Positions 1 to 9,542 of a stretch of DNA of 64,000 nucleotides are shown here, piece by piece; the first letter of the stretch is position 1, and every line of letters starts with the position of its first letter. The position numbers and the translations under genes were made by a program. The stretch comes from Acholeplasmataceae bacterium (GTDB lineage: Bacteria; Bacillota_I; Bacilli_A; Acholeplasmatales; Acholeplasmataceae), in assembly GCA_963667565.1 (NCBI GenBank), contig OY763415.1, positions 1,120,001-1,184,000 of the forward strand. The letters are read 5' to 3'. Under the pieces are notes generated by a model that was not told the origin of the DNA, searched no databases, and saw only the letters and a list, made by a program, of their open reading frames with translations.

Positions 1-114
1 TAAGATGCCACCAACGATTAACTCTTGAATTACAACTTGAGTGTTTGAATAATCTGATACTGATAATAAAACATACAAGACTAGTAATGTCAAAAATGTT
101 GATACAAATTTCAT
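1..114 (-). CDS. N-terminal part (truncated by window edge) of a membrane protein, possibly Na+/H+ antiporter subunit E (MnhE-like)
   Basis: ATG at 114 after AAGGAGG; translation MKFVSTFLTLLVLYVLLSVSDYSNTQVVIQELIVGGIL is hydrophobic with a QELIVG motif reminiscent of MnhE. Confidence 0.45.
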   Translation of the reverse strand, partial: MKFVSTFLTLLVLYVLLSVSDYSNTQVVIQELIVGGIL

Positions 115-115
115 T

Positions 116-1027
116 TTATGCCTCCTTATTTTTATAGATTATCATTTTAATTAAAAAATGTTTTTGACTACTGTGCGGCCACAAAAACCAATGATGCGTA
201 AGTTCTTCAAGATGTTGTGACATATGATATAAACCATAATCACCTAAACCATATCCATAGGTTTGTTGATATTGATGATAAATTTCATCAGTTGTGCGAT
301 CCATTAAAGATTGTTCTACTGCTTTACCAAATTCTGATAAAATATCAATTTCAAATATATCTGATAAAACCACCATTAACCCTTCTTTTTGAAGTGCTTT
401 TATCAAATTATCATTAAATTGAGAAATAATGTTGGGGACTTCATCAAGCATGATATCTTCTGCAGCTTTTAATATGTGTTCTGGAACTTTTTGTTCTCTT
501 AAAGCTGAAAGTTCAATAACGACTTGTTGAAAAATAAGCTGTGTATATATAGGACTGACATAAATGAGGTTGAACTTATAAAAATCGTCTTTTAAAAAGC
601 GATATCCATATGCTTTTTTGCATAACGCTTTTAATTTGATTTCAAGTTTTTCAATGTCTCGAGTCTGATAAACAACCTCTGAAAACGCCTCAAAAAAAAG
701 CGAGTTTTCATAGCCTGTATATTCTATGCGAGTTATTTTAATATCGTTATTGTGTAAATCAAATTTTTTTACGCCATCAATCATTGAATCTACATCAATA
801 TCTGTTAAATGAAGTTGCTTAAAAAAAAGCCCAAAATATTCAAGGTCTATATCTTGCAATTTACCAGCCCCAATAAAAAGTGCGCCATCCTTATGTTTAA
901 GACTTGGTATAAATTGCTCCAAAACTGGTTGTATAGAAATACCGAATACATTGTGCAATTCATTTTTATGCATATAACTCGTATTTAAATAATTGTTGAA
1001 TTTTTGAATTTTTTTCATTATTATCAC
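116..1027 (-). CDS. hypothetical protein, possible SAM-dependent methyltransferase-like fold
   Basis: 303-aa ORF; LFIGAG followed by LTDID resembles methyltransferase motifs I/II; start may be ATG at 1018. Confidence 0.5.
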   Translation of the reverse strand: MIIMKKIQKFNNYLNTSYMHKNELHNVFGISIQPVLEQFIPSLKHKDGALFIGAGKLQDIDLEYFGLFFKQLHLTDIDVDSMIDGVKKFDLHNNDIKITRIEYTGYENSLFFEAFSEVVYQTRDIEKLEIKLKALCKKAYGYRFLKDDFYKFNLIYVSPIYTQLIFQQVVIELSALREQKVPEHILKAAEDIMLDEVPNIISQFNDNLIKALQKEGLMVVLSDIFEIDILSEFGKAVEQSLMDRTTDEIYHQYQQTYGYGLGDYGLYHMSQHLEELTHHWFLWPHSSQKHFLIKMIIYKNKEA

Positions 1028-1261
1028 TATCTTTATTATAACTGCCTGTCAAGTGAAATGCAACCAAACTTAAGATAAAATACATAATAAAGCTCATTTT
1101 TTAAATCATATTTTTTTTATTTATAGTAATTTTATGAAAAATCAACATTTATATGTAAAAACATGAATTTTCTTGATTATTTATTCATTTTTCGATTTTA
1201 TTTACTTATTTGAATAAGTAAACTATTCAACATCAATAAAAAAACTTCCGATTAGGAAGTT

Positions 1262-1924
1262 TTAAACTAATATAGATGCAATATTTAGTAATGCGTGAAT
1301 GAGAATAACAACGATAATATTATGATGACTAACCTTGTAAGCTAGTGATAGCATCAAACCAATACATAGGTATAAGATAAAGAAAGAAAAATTGAGACCG
1401 ATTGAGTGCATGATGGCAAAAAAACTGTTAACGATACATATAGATATAATCACATGCATTTTTGAAGCAATCATCGATACTAATGTTTTCCGAAAAACAA
1501 TTTCTTCCATGATTGGTGTAAAGATAATTAACGTAATAAATTGAAATACATAAATAATCAAAGCATAATTTTCAGTTTCTACTGTTACTTGATTAAATAA
1601 ACCATAATATGAAATTATGTTAAGTCCAATAATTTCAATGAGAAAAATTAAAATAAAAAAAACAATTACGAATAATAAATTCTTTTTCAATGATATAAGA
1701 AATTTTTTCCCTTGAGCAAGAATCTCATCTTTTATTTTAAAAATGATTAATGCAGTCGTAATACCTACCATTAAAAATGTAATTAAAACATTGAATATGT
1801 CGTAAGATACAGTGTTCCCATCAAAAACATCTAAATACTTACTTAAAAAAAGTGTGGCTTGTAAAAGTAAGAATCCTGTAAAAAAATAAATAACTATTAA
1901 ACTTTGTTTAAATTTATACTTCAC
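1262..1924 (-). CDS. CPBP (CAAX protease/Abi) family intramembrane metalloprotease
   Basis: motifs PIMEEIVFR, FAIMH, HALLN; multiple TM segments; likely GTG start at 1924 after AGGAG (ORF track extends to 1975). Confidence 0.85.
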   Translation of the reverse strand: MKYKFKQSLIVIYFFTGFLLLQATLFLSKYLDVFDGNTVSYDIFNVLITFLMVGITTALIIFKIKDEILAQGKKFLISLKKNLLFVIVFFILIFLIEIIGLNIISYYGLFNQVTVETENYALIIYVFQFITLIIFTPIMEEIVFRKTLVSMIASKMHVIISICIVNSFFAIMHSIGLNFSFFILYLCIGLMLSLAYKVSHHNIIVVILIHALLNIASILV

Positions 1925-2057
1925 TAAAACACTCCTAACAATGATGACAGTTTTATAGTATATGCAGTATACCATGAAATTGAGTTTTAAAAAAATATGC
2001 CCAATTCAATTTTATAGTCTTTTGCTCATAATACCCATTGTTAATGTAACTATGAGC

Positions 2058-2609
2058 TTAGGATTTCAATAGAAATTCTCTCACATAAGCACAAAGTTCC
2101 TGATAGACTTCATCATTAAAATAGGAGGTATCATATCTCTTATATGTACCTTTATGAGAACTTATTTCGTGTGCTTTAATGGATGCTTTAAACATATCCA
2201 TCGACATAAGTCCCGTCGAAGTATGTGCAGGATGTCTAAATGCGTTTCTTTTTACATATCTATCATAAAGGATTTCTTCATTTCCATAGAGATCAATTGT
2301 CAATATGTCCTTGTCTTGATAAGATGTATTGGTATATAATTCGTTAAGCTCATTTTGTTTAAAATTCGCCTCAAGGATAAGATCTTTATGTAGAATAGAA
2401 AAATTTTTGGCTAGTCTTATCATCAAAGAAACTGTTGCTTGCGATAATTTTTTATTTTCACTTCGGTTAATAAAACCAATAGATTCAACAAGTGATTCTT
2501 TAATGTCATCTTTGTTAAAAGAAATAACTTTTAAGTCTTCTGACAGTTTCTTGGATATTGTAGTTTTTAGTGTTGCTAACCCACCTGTGATAATGATTAT
2601 TTTTCCCAT
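2058..2609 (-). CDS. P-loop nucleotide kinase-like / AAA-family protein
   Basis: N-terminal IIITGGLATLKTT degenerate Walker A, KD motif, LILEANF, RNAFRHPAH lid-like segment. Confidence 0.7.
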   Translation of the reverse strand: MGKIIIITGGLATLKTTISKKLSEDLKVISFNKDDIKESLVESIGFINRSENKKLSQATVSLMIRLAKNFSILHKDLILEANFKQNELNELYTNTSYQDKDILTIDLYGNEEILYDRYVKRNAFRHPAHTSTGLMSMDMFKASIKAHEISSHKGTYKRYDTSYFNDEVYQELCAYVREFLLKS

Positions 2610-2850
2610 CGTTTTATTCTCTTTTCTATATGTTTTTTCCTATTAAGATATTAAAACTAGTATGGATGTATTCATAAAGATTATATTGTTATGATATTCT
2701 TAGATATTCATAGTCTAAGTATGTTGAATCATGCTGCATAAATATAACAAAAGTGGTTCTTTAATCATCACTTTTATTTGCACTAGAGACATCAATAATT
2801 TTAAATGACTTACTTATAGGTAGTATAGCATAAATAAAATGGTTGCAAAC

Positions 2851-2997
2851 TAATCGTCTAAAATTTCTATGACATATTCAAATTACAGTAAAATCAATTT
2901 GTTTTAGACTCTATAACTATATGTTAATGACAAAATGACTTTAGATAGCATAAAAAAGGCTTGATACAATTGTATCAAACCTGTGCTTTTAATATGG
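2851..2997. repeat. diverged direct repeat, copy B (homologous to 4573-4724), containing a terminator-like palindrome
   Basis: shares TAATCGT, CAGTAAAATCAATTT, GACTC and AAAAAAGGCYTGATACAATTGTATCAAACCTGTGCTTTTAA with copy A. Confidence 0.85.
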
Positions 2998-3034
2998 GTT
3001 GACCTATTTTGCTATAATTTCACACTTATAAATT

Positions 3035-3574
3035 CTATTGAATTAAGTAAGCAATCTGATCGATAACCGCATACATCATCATCTGACTACTTGGAAATTG
3101 ATCATCAACTGATCCTTTAGTAGATACATTATATTTATCATATCCATATATAATAAGATCTGACTCTAAATCTCTTGAATCAATAAAATCAATAAGAAGT
3201 TCTGAATCACTACTCCTATAGTTTACAAAGACTATATTTACTTTGTAATCTTCATAGTATTGCTTAATTTCAGATTCAGATGCAAAATCCGTATCATTAT
3301 TGTACTTATTCATATCAATAATTATGAATGTATTATTTTCTGATGAAAATGGAACTTCATTAATATGAAATACCTTATTATATTGAATATCATCATTAAA
3401 ATTTATTTCATCGCTATATACGTATAAATTCACATTATGATCAATTAATACGTCAAATCGCTCATAGTAATCATTTGGAACACCTTTAGGAATTGGATGT
3501 AATGGGAATACAAATAACAAAACAATTGAAATTGCAATGATAGAAACTAGGACTAGTGCCGTAAATGTTTTCAT
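3035..3574 (-). CDS. hypothetical membrane-anchored/secreted protein
   Basis: 179-aa ORF with N-terminal hydrophobic helix; ATGA overlap with upstream ORF. Confidence 0.7.
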   Translation of the reverse strand: MKTFTALVLVSIIAISIVLLFVFPLHPIPKGVPNDYYERFDVLIDHNVNLYVYSDEINFNDDIQYNKVFHINEVPFSSENNTFIIIDMNKYNNDTDFASESEIKQYYEDYKVNIVFVNYRSSDSELLIDFIDSRDLESDLIIYGYDKYNVSTKGSVDDQFPSSQMMMYAVIDQIAYLIQ

Positions 3575-4368
3575 GATTCAACCAACATTCTAAGAATTTG
3601 TTTATGATAAGATTTTGCAATTGGTGGCATTAAGTGAATTAATGGTAGGCTCATCAATAGTGTTTCAAATATTTGAAAAGATTTAAAAAACTCATCATAA
3701 TAATTTATTAATACGATCACTCCAGCGATTAATATGATGCTGATGCCTAGATAGATAGTCATTTTTATTTTTTGCTTGAGCATATGTCTAAAGTATATAT
3801 AAATGAAAACAAGATAGTAAACTATTGCAAAAATAACATCTAAATTAACAAAGAAGAGGACGAATAACCCAATTATAAAATAATGATATAAAAACGAAAC
3901 TTTACTTTGGTCATAATTATCATTCTTGAAGTTTTTAATATACTCCTTAACGACTTCATAACTTTTGTGATCTATTTTTTTGTATACTAAGTATTGGATA
4001 ATATTTATAAGAATCATAACAATACTAATTACAGCAAAATACTTGATACCCTGCTCTATATCAAAGATTTGATCACTATCCAAGACTATTAGTAAACATA
4101 AAAATAATGCTAAATTGATGGCGCAAATGAAATTGTGGAGTTTCAATTTTGGAATGAACATAGTTATATTCCCATAAATAAATATGACTGCTAGAATAAA
4201 CCACGAGACTCCTAGAATTACTCCAAGTAAATTAAAAAGTATACTTTGTTCCCAAAAACCTTCTCCATATAGGAGCCACGGTAATACTGCCATAAAAAAC
4301 ATAGTAACATTTAATAATACTGCTAAACTTAAAACACCTTTATGATATTTGCTGATGGTCTTTTTCAT
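3571..4368 (-). CDS. hypothetical polytopic membrane protein
   Basis: 265-aa ORF with about 7-8 hydrophobic segments; very AT-rich. Confidence 0.7.
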   Translation of the reverse strand: MKKTISKYHKGVLSLAVLLNVTMFFMAVLPWLLYGEGFWEQSILFNLLGVILGVSWFILAVIFIYGNITMFIPKLKLHNFICAINLALFLCLLIVLDSDQIFDIEQGIKYFAVISIVMILINIIQYLVYKKIDHKSYEVVKEYIKNFKNDNYDQSKVSFLYHYFIIGLFVLFFVNLDVIFAIVYYLVFIYIYFRHMLKQKIKMTIYLGISIILIAGVIVLINYYDEFFKSFQIFETLLMSLPLIHLMPPIAKSYHKQILRMLVES

Positions 4369-4533
4369 TTATTCCACTCTGTCATCTATTATAATATTCT
4401 AGGAAAAATAGCTACCGCACTAGACATAAAAATAGCGATATACAACTTTACTTCCTAATTATTATACCATCTGATTTACTATATTTAAATACAATATTAC
4501 CTTGCTATACCCCTTTAATGGCTTGATTACTGA

Positions 4534-4582
4534 AATCGTGTAAATCCATTTTAAATCGTGTATTTCAAAATGTAATCGTGTA
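4534..4582. repeat. three 9-bp direct repeats AATCGTGTA at exact 20-bp period
   Basis: copies at 4534-4542, 4554-4562 and 4574-4582. Confidence 0.85.
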
Positions 4583-4724
4583 GAAATTCTATTGAGATGT
4601 CTAAAAATCAGTAAAATCAATTTTCTTTTTTGACTCAATAAACATGATCAAACATTAAAACGGCTCTATATAGCGTAAAAAAAGGCCTGATACAATTGTA
4701 TCAAACCTGTGCTTTTAAATATGG
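4573..4724. repeat. diverged direct repeat, copy A, abutting the tRNA-Gly CCA end and including the tRNA cluster terminator
   Basis: aligns by eye with 2851-2997; hairpin AGGTTTGATACAATTGTATCAGGCCT followed by a T-run on the minus strand. Confidence 0.85.
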
Positions 4725-4795
4725 AGCGGGTGATGGGAATCGAACCCACATCAACAGCTTGGAAGGCTGTGGTTCTACCACTAAACTACACCCGC
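4722..4795 (-). tRNA. tRNA-Gly (TCC)
   Basis: cloverleaf GCGGGTGTAGTTTAGTGGTAGAA...CTTCCAA...GGTTCGATTCC...CGCTCCA. Confidence 0.97.
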
Positions 4796-4813
4796 TTGTA
4801 AAAAATATTTAGA

Positions 4814-4890
4814 TGGTCGGGAAGACAGGATTTGAACCTGCGACCTCCTGGTCCCAAACCAGGCGCTCTACCAAGCTAAGCTACTTCCCG
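4814..4890 (-). tRNA. tRNA-Pro (TGG)
   Basis: CGGGAAGTAGCTTAGCTTGGTAGAGC...TTTGGGA...GGTTCAAATCC...CGACCA. Confidence 0.97.
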
Positions 4891-4891
4891 A

Positions 4892-4968
4892 TGGCGTACC
4901 CAAGAGGTCTCGAACCCCCAACCTTTTGATCCGTAGTCAAACGCTCTATCCAATTGAGCTATGGGTAC
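4892..4968 (-). tRNA. tRNA-Arg (ACG)
   Basis: GTACCCATAGCTCAATTGGATAGAGC...CTACGGA...GGTTCGAG...CGCCA. Confidence 0.97.
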
Positions 4969-5025
4969 CTTACTTGAGTCTAAAACTCATATCTCAAAAC
5001 GTAACTACGTTTTATTGTAAAAAGT

Positions 5026-5101
5026 TGGTGACCCGTACGGGATTCGAACCCGTGAATGCATGCGTGAAAGGCATGTGAGTTAACCGTTTCTCCAACGGGC
5101 C
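5026..5101 (-). tRNA. tRNA-Glu (TTC)
   Basis: GGCCCGTTGGAGAAACGGTTAA...CTTTCAC...GGTTCGAATCC...TCACCA. Confidence 0.97.
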
Positions 5102-5120
5102 ACGCTGTGCAGCATATATA

Positions 5121-5148
5121 ATTATACCAATATAAAAATAAATGTCAA
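5121..5148 (-). promoter_or_regulatory. sigma-70 type promoter of the tRNA cluster
   Basis: TTGACA-16 nt-TATAAT on minus strand, 20 nt upstream of tRNA-Glu. Confidence 0.85.
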
Positions 5149-5175
5149 GACATTACAAAAAAGTTTTTTTATATT

Positions 5176-5721
5176 TTAATATAAAATGCTTTTTAGCAAT
5201 GCATTTGCTGCATCTTTACCCGAAAAATGGGTCACAATTTCATATGCAAACTCATAGATCGCACCTGCACCTCTCGCAGTAATAAATAATTTATCTTTAA
5301 CTGCTTTCTTTTGAGGCAAGTATTTTCCATTTAATGCATCTTTTTCACTACCTGTAAATGCTGTAAATTTCACTTCATCTAAGAGTCCCGCTTGACCTAA
5401 GAATCTAGGACCTGCACAAATCGCGCAAATTTCCTTATTTTGGCCATTAAATGTTTTTGCTAGGCTTTTTATCTTCTGGTCGCTATCAACGGTTTTTGCC
5501 ACATATTTACCACCAGGAATAATTAAAAAATCATAGGAATCGACATCAATTTCATCTTCTAAATAATCTGCTAATATGTTTAGTCCAAATGCAGTTAAAA
5601 TATGTTTATCATTTTCGAAAGTTACACTATCAATTTGATATCCTGCACGCACTAAAAGTGCTCTAGTTGCTAGTGCTTCAACATCTTCCATATCATTAGA
5701 AAATACAATGAGTCCCTTCAT
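5176..5721 (-). CDS. DJ-1/PfpI (ThiJ/YajL) family protein
   Basis: MEDVEA, LIIPGG, AICAGP nucleophile motif, ITARGAG. Confidence 0.9.
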   Translation of the reverse strand: MKGLIVFSNDMEDVEALATRALLVRAGYQIDSVTFENDKHILTAFGLNILADYLEDEIDVDSYDFLIIPGGKYVAKTVDSDQKIKSLAKTFNGQNKEICAICAGPRFLGQAGLLDEVKFTAFTGSEKDALNGKYLPQKKAVKDKLFITARGAGAIYEFAYEIVTHFSGKDAANALLKSILY

Positions 5722-5727
5722 AAAAAA

Positions 5728-6312
5728 TTACTCCTTTAGTAGTTTTAAATATATCTCGTTGATATGTTTTGCACCTAATTCTGATTCAAACTTTTTATAG
5801 TTTTCATAGTGATTATCCATACCAACAATGTCTGATACTATTTTAATGCTTATGATTGGGATTTGAAAGTGATATGCGACTTGGTATAATGCTGCCCCTT
5901 CCATATCTACAATGTAAGGATGATCTACTTTATTGGTCATAAAGTAATCACCCGTATATAATAATCCTTTTTTAATTTGAGGTTCTATAAGCATTACTTT
6001 TTCAACTAATTTATCATCTGATTTGAATTTTGTTGGACATCCAGGAACTTGTCCTTTGTCATATCCAAAAAATCTAAGATCAAAATCATGATACATCGCT
6101 TCTTCTATTAAAATCAAATCGCCTACTTGATAATGATGACTAGCACCTACAAATCCAAAATTATAAATTGCAGATACTTTGTGCTTCATTAGAGCTTCAG
6201 TCAATTTCATTGCTGCATTCGTTTTACCTATTCCAGATTCAATGAGTACTGTTTGTGGCAATGATTTAATTTCAGATAATTCTTCTTTCATTGCTCCGAT
6301 AACAACAATCAT
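5728..6312 (-). CDS. mtnN: 5'-methylthioadenosine/S-adenosylhomocysteine nucleosidase
   Basis: IGAMKEE, SGIGKTNAA, TGDYF, VDMEGAA, IVSD motifs. Confidence 0.9.
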   Translation of the reverse strand: MIVVIGAMKEELSEIKSLPQTVLIESGIGKTNAAMKLTEALMKHKVSAIYNFGFVGASHHYQVGDLILIEEAMYHDFDLRFFGYDKGQVPGCPTKFKSDDKLVEKVMLIEPQIKKGLLYTGDYFMTNKVDHPYIVDMEGAALYQVAYHFQIPIISIKIVSDIVGMDNHYENYKKFESELGAKHINEIYLKLLKE

Positions 6313-6935
6313 TTTTGTTCTCCTATGATTTGTTTGATTTTTGCAACGATTAAATCAACTGCAATATCATGTTTCTTGTCATTTGGAATGATGACATCTG
6401 CAAATCTTTTCGTTGGTCTAATATATTTATGAAACATCGGTTTAACTGTAGTTTCATATTGATTGATTATAGATTCTAATGAACGACCACGTTCATTCAT
6501 ATCTCTTAATAGTCTTCTGATAAATCTAGTATCTTCATCAGCTTCTACAAACAACTTTATATCAGCTAAATCTCTAATTTGTTGATTATCTAAAATAAGA
6601 ATACCTTCAACGATAATCACAGGTTTAGGTACAATATGTTCCATTTTATCACTTCTAGTGAATTTGACAAAATCATAGACTGGTTTATCAATAGGTTTAA
6701 ATTCTAGTAGTTTTTGTAGGTCATTAAAAAGCAGTTCATTATCAAATGAATCTGGATGATCATAATTTGTTTCATATCTTTTTTCTAAAGGTAAATCACT
6801 TTGATCTAAATAATAATCATCATGTTTTAAGATGATAACTTCATCTAAACCAGCTTTCTCTAGAATCTCTTGGACAACCGTACTTTTTCCAGAAGCAGAA
6901 CCTCCAGAAACTAAAATTAGCATCGGTTTATACAT
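6309..6935 (-). CDS. udk: uridine kinase
   Basis: GGSASGKST, DDYY, NYDHP, RRLLRD..ERGR motifs. Confidence 0.95.
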   Translation of the reverse strand: MYKPMLILVSGGSASGKSTVVQEILEKAGLDEVIILKHDDYYLDQSDLPLEKRYETNYDHPDSFDNELLFNDLQKLLEFKPIDKPVYDFVKFTRSDKMEHIVPKPVIIVEGILILDNQQIRDLADIKLFVEADEDTRFIRRLLRDMNERGRSLESIINQYETTVKPMFHKYIRPTKRFADVIIPNDKKHDIAVDLIVAKIKQIIGEQK

Positions 6936-6965
6936 AGCATCCCCTACTTTCCTAACTCGTCTATA

Positions 6966-7277
6966 TTAAATTTGACATTCTGGTGATAATTTAACTTGTT
7001 CTTCTTCATTAACGATATCATCAAAATCATGATGTCTTTTAAACCAAACGACAGCATATGCACAAGTAGCAACAACTTTTAAACCTTGGTTTTTTATATG
7101 TTCTACGGTTGCTTGCATGAGTTCTCCAGCAACACCTTGACCCCTAAGTGATGGGTCAACAAAAGTATGATTAATAACCACTGTATCCTCATTATAAGGG
7201 GGAAAAGTGGCTAAAGCGAGCGTTTTTCCTTCTTCATTTTTAGCATAAACTTGATTTTTTTCAAATGTGAAATTCAT
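6966..7277 (-). CDS. GNAT family N-acetyltransferase (YjdJ-like)
   Basis: INHTFVDPSLRGQGVA, ATCAYA; ATG at 7277 after AGGAG. Confidence 0.88.
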   Translation of the reverse strand: MNFTFEKNQVYAKNEEGKTLALATFPPYNEDTVVINHTFVDPSLRGQGVAGELMQATVEHIKNQGLKVVATCAYAVVWFKRHHDFDDIVNEEEQVKLSPECQI

Positions 7278-7490
7278 ATCATCATCTCCTCTTAAAAAGT
7301 ATATCATATTTGAAGTAACAATTCACTATCTTTAAATTCTAATTTTATGATTTTACATGATTTTATTTATTTCAAATCTTCTAAATTATTTCTTTTATAA
7401 ATAAAGTTCTTTTTTATAATAATTTAAGCGTTTATTTATAATTTAGTGTATAATCATGTTATAATTGTCTTGTAGAATTAGGAGGAAATT

Positions 7491-9341
7491 ATGACAAAAA
7501 AACAATTAGTAATAGAAACAACCAGTGTCATTGTCGCAATTATATTTATGATTGTCGCGTGGTTATTAGGTTACTTTATAGATCCGCAAGGATGGTATGT
7601 GATACTATTTTATGCCTTAGCGTTCGCTATTGGTGGATTTGCTAAAGCTAAAGAAGGTATTGAAGAAACCATAGAAAATAAAGCATTAAATGTTGAAATT
7701 CTTATGATTTTAGCTGCACTCGGTGCATTTGTTGTTAAAGATTATGCAGAAGGTGCCATCTTAATATTGATTTTTGCAGTAAGTGGTGTTTTAGAATCCT
7801 ATGCAACTTCAAAAAGTGAAAAAGCATTAACAAGTTTATTAACATTAGCACCTAGAACAGCAAGTCTTTTAGTTGATGGAGAAGAAATTGTTGTTCCTGT
7901 TGAAGATATCAATATTGGAAGTAAAGTCATTGTTAAAGTGGGTCAACAAGTTCCAGTTGATGGAAAAATCATCAACGGTTCTACTTCTTTAGATCAAGCT
8001 GCAATCACAGGTGAATTCGTCCCAGTTTCAAAAACTGTAGGATCTGAAGTATTTGCTGGTTCAGTAAACATTGAATCTACAATCATTGTAGAAACTACTG
8101 TTGATTCGAAAGATACAGTCGTACAAAAGATTATTAATTTAGTCAAGAATGCACAAGAAAACAAAACCGAGTCTCAATCACTCATTGATAAAATAGAAAA
8201 ATATTATGTTTACATCGTTATTTTACTTTCAATCACATTCATGATTGTACCACCACTTGTAGGTTGGTTAGATCAAGCTGAAGCATTTAGGCGTGGTATT
8301 GTTGTCTTAGTTGTAGGTTCACCTTGTGCGCTTGTAGCATCCATTACACCAGCAATGTTATCAAGTTTATCAAATGCAGCCCATAAGAGAATTTTAATTA
8401 AAGGTGGAAAGCATTTAGAAGATTTATTGAAAATAGACACAGTTATTTTAGATAAGACAGGTACAATAACAACAGGTGTACCAAAAGTTGTTAGAGTTGA
8501 AATGATTGATTCACTTGATCATGATGAAACAATTAATATATTATATACATTAGAAAAACAATCCAATCACCCACTCGCCAAGTCAATTGTTGATTATTTA
8601 GCTGATCAAGCAGAAGTCTTAGATTTAAAAACAACCGAAATTTCTGGCCGTGGTATGCAAGCAAACATTGGCGATGACCTATGGAAAATTGGACGTTTTG
8701 ATGCTAAAGAATCGGATCAGATCATTGAAAAATATGATAGATGTACTGCTTTAGGTCATAGTACTGTCCATATTATTAAAAATGAAGAAATTGTTGGTTT
8801 TGTGGCTTTAATGGATACCATTAGAGAAGGTGTCACAGATGTCATTGATGAACTTAAAGCATTAGGTATTAAATCATATTTAGTGACTGGTGATAATAAA
8901 TTTACTGCCCGTCATGTTGCTAAAATAGCTCATGTTGATGATTTTGTAGCAAACTGTTTTCCTGAAGATAAAGTTACTTTTGTCAAAAAGGTAAAATCTG
9001 AAGGTGGACATTCAATTATGATTGGTGACGGTATTAATGATGCACCAGCCCTTGCAACTGCTGATGTTGGTATTGCAATGGGTGCGGGTACAGATGTATC
9101 ACTAGAAACTGCTGATATTATCTTTATGAATGACAATATGGCAAACCTACCTAAACTCATTAAACTTGCTAAACGTATGAGACGTGTGACACTACAAAAT
9201 ATCATATTTGCTGTTGGCGTTATACTCACACTTATGATTAGTAATGTCTTTGGTAATATTGAGTTACCTATGGGCGTAGTATTTCATGAAGGATCAACAA
9301 TCTTAGTTATTTTAAATAGTTTAAGATTATTAATGAAATAA
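7491..9341 (+). CDS. heavy-metal translocating P-type ATPase, P1B-4 type (ZosA/PfeT/CoaT-like)
   Basis: TGE, SPC transmembrane motif, DKTGT, HP, GDGINDAP, HEGST; no N-terminal metal-binding domain. Confidence 0.92.
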   Translation: MTKKQLVIETTSVIVAIIFMIVAWLLGYFIDPQGWYVILFYALAFAIGGFAKAKEGIEETIENKALNVEILMILAALGAFVVKDYAEGAILILIFAVSGVLESYATSKSEKALTSLLTLAPRTASLLVDGEEIVVPVEDINIGSKVIVKVGQQVPVDGKIINGSTSLDQAAITGEFVPVSKTVGSEVFAGSVNIESTIIVETTVDSKDTVVQKIINLVKNAQENKTESQSLIDKIEKYYVYIVILLSITFMIVPPLVGWLDQAEAFRRGIVVLVVGSPCALVASITPAMLSSLSNAAHKRILIKGGKHLEDLLKIDTVILDKTGTITTGVPKVVRVEMIDSLDHDETINILYTLEKQSNHPLAKSIVDYLADQAEVLDLKTTEISGRGMQANIGDDLWKIGRFDAKESDQIIEKYDRCTALGHSTVHIIKNEEIVGFVALMDTIREGVTDVIDELKALGIKSYLVTGDNKFTARHVAKIAHVDDFVANCFPEDKVTFVKKVKSEGGHSIMIGDGINDAPALATADVGIAMGAGTDVSLETADIIFMNDNMANLPKLIKLAKRMRRVTLQNIIFAVGVILTLMISNVFGNIELPMGVVFHEGSTILVILNSLRLLMK

Positions 9342-9397
9342 AACTTAAAACAAAAAGCTTATGAAATCAATCATAAGCTCTTTTTTTTATAAAAAAA

Positions 9398-9474
9398 TGG
9401 CGCCCACACTAGGACTCGAACCTAGGACCCCCTGATTAACAGTCAGGTGCTCTAACCAACTGAGCTATGTAGGC
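9398..9474 (-). tRNA. tRNA-Asn (GTT)
   Basis: GCCTACATAGCTCAGTTGGTTAGAGC...CTGTTAA...GGTTCGAG...CGCCA. Confidence 0.97.
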
Positions 9475-9542
9475 GGATATATGGACACACATTTTTATAC
9501 GATTAAATTGTCGTAATAATATAAATAGTAAATTAAGATTAG

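Noticed and set aside
2640..2850. Possible decayed gene in the AT-rich gap upstream of the kinase-like gene
   Set aside because: No frame with recognisable protein similarity or consistent RBS could be read.
2851..4724. Possible CRISPR array or integron attC array
   Set aside because: There are only two long repeat copies 1.7 kb apart, no regularly spaced repeat-spacer units, and no cas or intI gene in the window.
7400..7470. PerR/Fur-like box upstream of the P1B-4 ATPase
   Set aside because: TTATAAT-rich matches are imperfect and expected by chance at this AT content.
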